Source of the DNA: a bacterium
Lineage (GTDB): Bacteria > SAR324 > NAC60-12
Direction of reading: 5' to 3'
Length of the DNA stretch: 64,000 bases
Assembly (NCBI GenBank): GCA_965205865.1
Contig: CBDBHR010000010.1
Coordinates: 32,001 to 96,000 of the forward strand
The notes below the pieces were generated by a model. It had not been told where the DNA came from and made no database searches. It worked only from the letters and a program-made list of their open reading frames with translations. A program made the translations under genes and the position numbers. Each line of letters starts with the position of its first letter. Positions within the stretch are counted from its first letter, which is position 1. Positions 63,617-64,000 of the stretch are shown here, piece after piece.

Positions 63617-64000
63617 ATGAAATGGGAACAACAACAACGTCTGACAATCTTGGAATTGACTGTGCTTTTCAGAGGACAGTTGACAACCAAAGCATTGACA
63701 AAAACTTTTGGAGTGGGACGAGTGCAGGCTTCCAAAGATTTCACTTTCTATCAGCTACGATTTCCTGAGAATTTGGAATATAACCGCAAAAAGAAATGCT
63801 ACCTGCCTACCGGGCAATTCGAGCCCGGCTTTCTACCTAAAAATGGGGATGAAATGCTGAAGATGTTCTGCCAGTATATCCAACCGGAAGCGTTTCTTTT
63901 TTTTGGAGAAAACCAATTCAATGCTGCTCTGGAAGTCATCACTCCCATTAACCGAGTGATGGATTGGCAAGTGGTTTCCCGACTCAGTCAGGCCATCCAT
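63617..64000 (+). CDS. wHTH-WYL transcriptional regulator (CapW-like), runs off the window
   Basis: Absent from the ORF track. Manual translation MKWEQQQRLTILELTVLFRGQLTTKALTKTFGVGRVQASKDFTFYQ...NLEYNRKKKCY...EVITPINRVMDWQVVSRLSQAI. Confidence 0.8.
   Translation, partial: MKWEQQQRLTILELTVLFRGQLTTKALTKTFGVGRVQASKDFTFYQLRFPENLEYNRKKKCYLPTGQFEPGFLPKNGDEMLKMFCQYIQPEAFLFFGENQFNAALEVITPINRVMDWQVVSRLSQAIH

Noticed and set aside
1-64000. CRISPR array
   Set aside because: No regularly spaced direct repeats with unique spacers and no cas genes were seen.

Overview
Bacterial chromosomal window, probably deltaproteobacterial/SAR324-like (inferred from gene content only). The left arm (1-15.3 kb) is core genome: partial argA, lepB, SEC-C-map, redox and methyltransferase genes, pcm, sseA, an enlarged secA, bolA and tRNA-Arg(CCT). 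The middle (~15.3-40.5 kb) is a decaying accessory/defence island. It holds IS1380, IS5, IS256 and ISNCY-like elements, a MITE, pseudogenes and two vapBC loci. It also holds an IS-truncated N6-methyltransferase with a PD-(D/E)XK-like partner, an EcoRV-like R-M system, and an ORF-less group IIC intron inserted in an attC-like site. The right arm (40.6-64 kb) is core again: MFS, aldolase, dksA, rsmB, a tetraheme cytochrome, a corrin synthesis operon with two fusions, an RND pump with a hairpin-less adaptor, plsY, rsmA, comF and a partial CapW-like WYL regulator. The most striking observation is a ~60-aa module present three times as insertions in SecA and once as the N-terminal extension of signal peptidase I, two components of the same secretion pathway. 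All calls come from reading the sequence by eye; no database searches were run.
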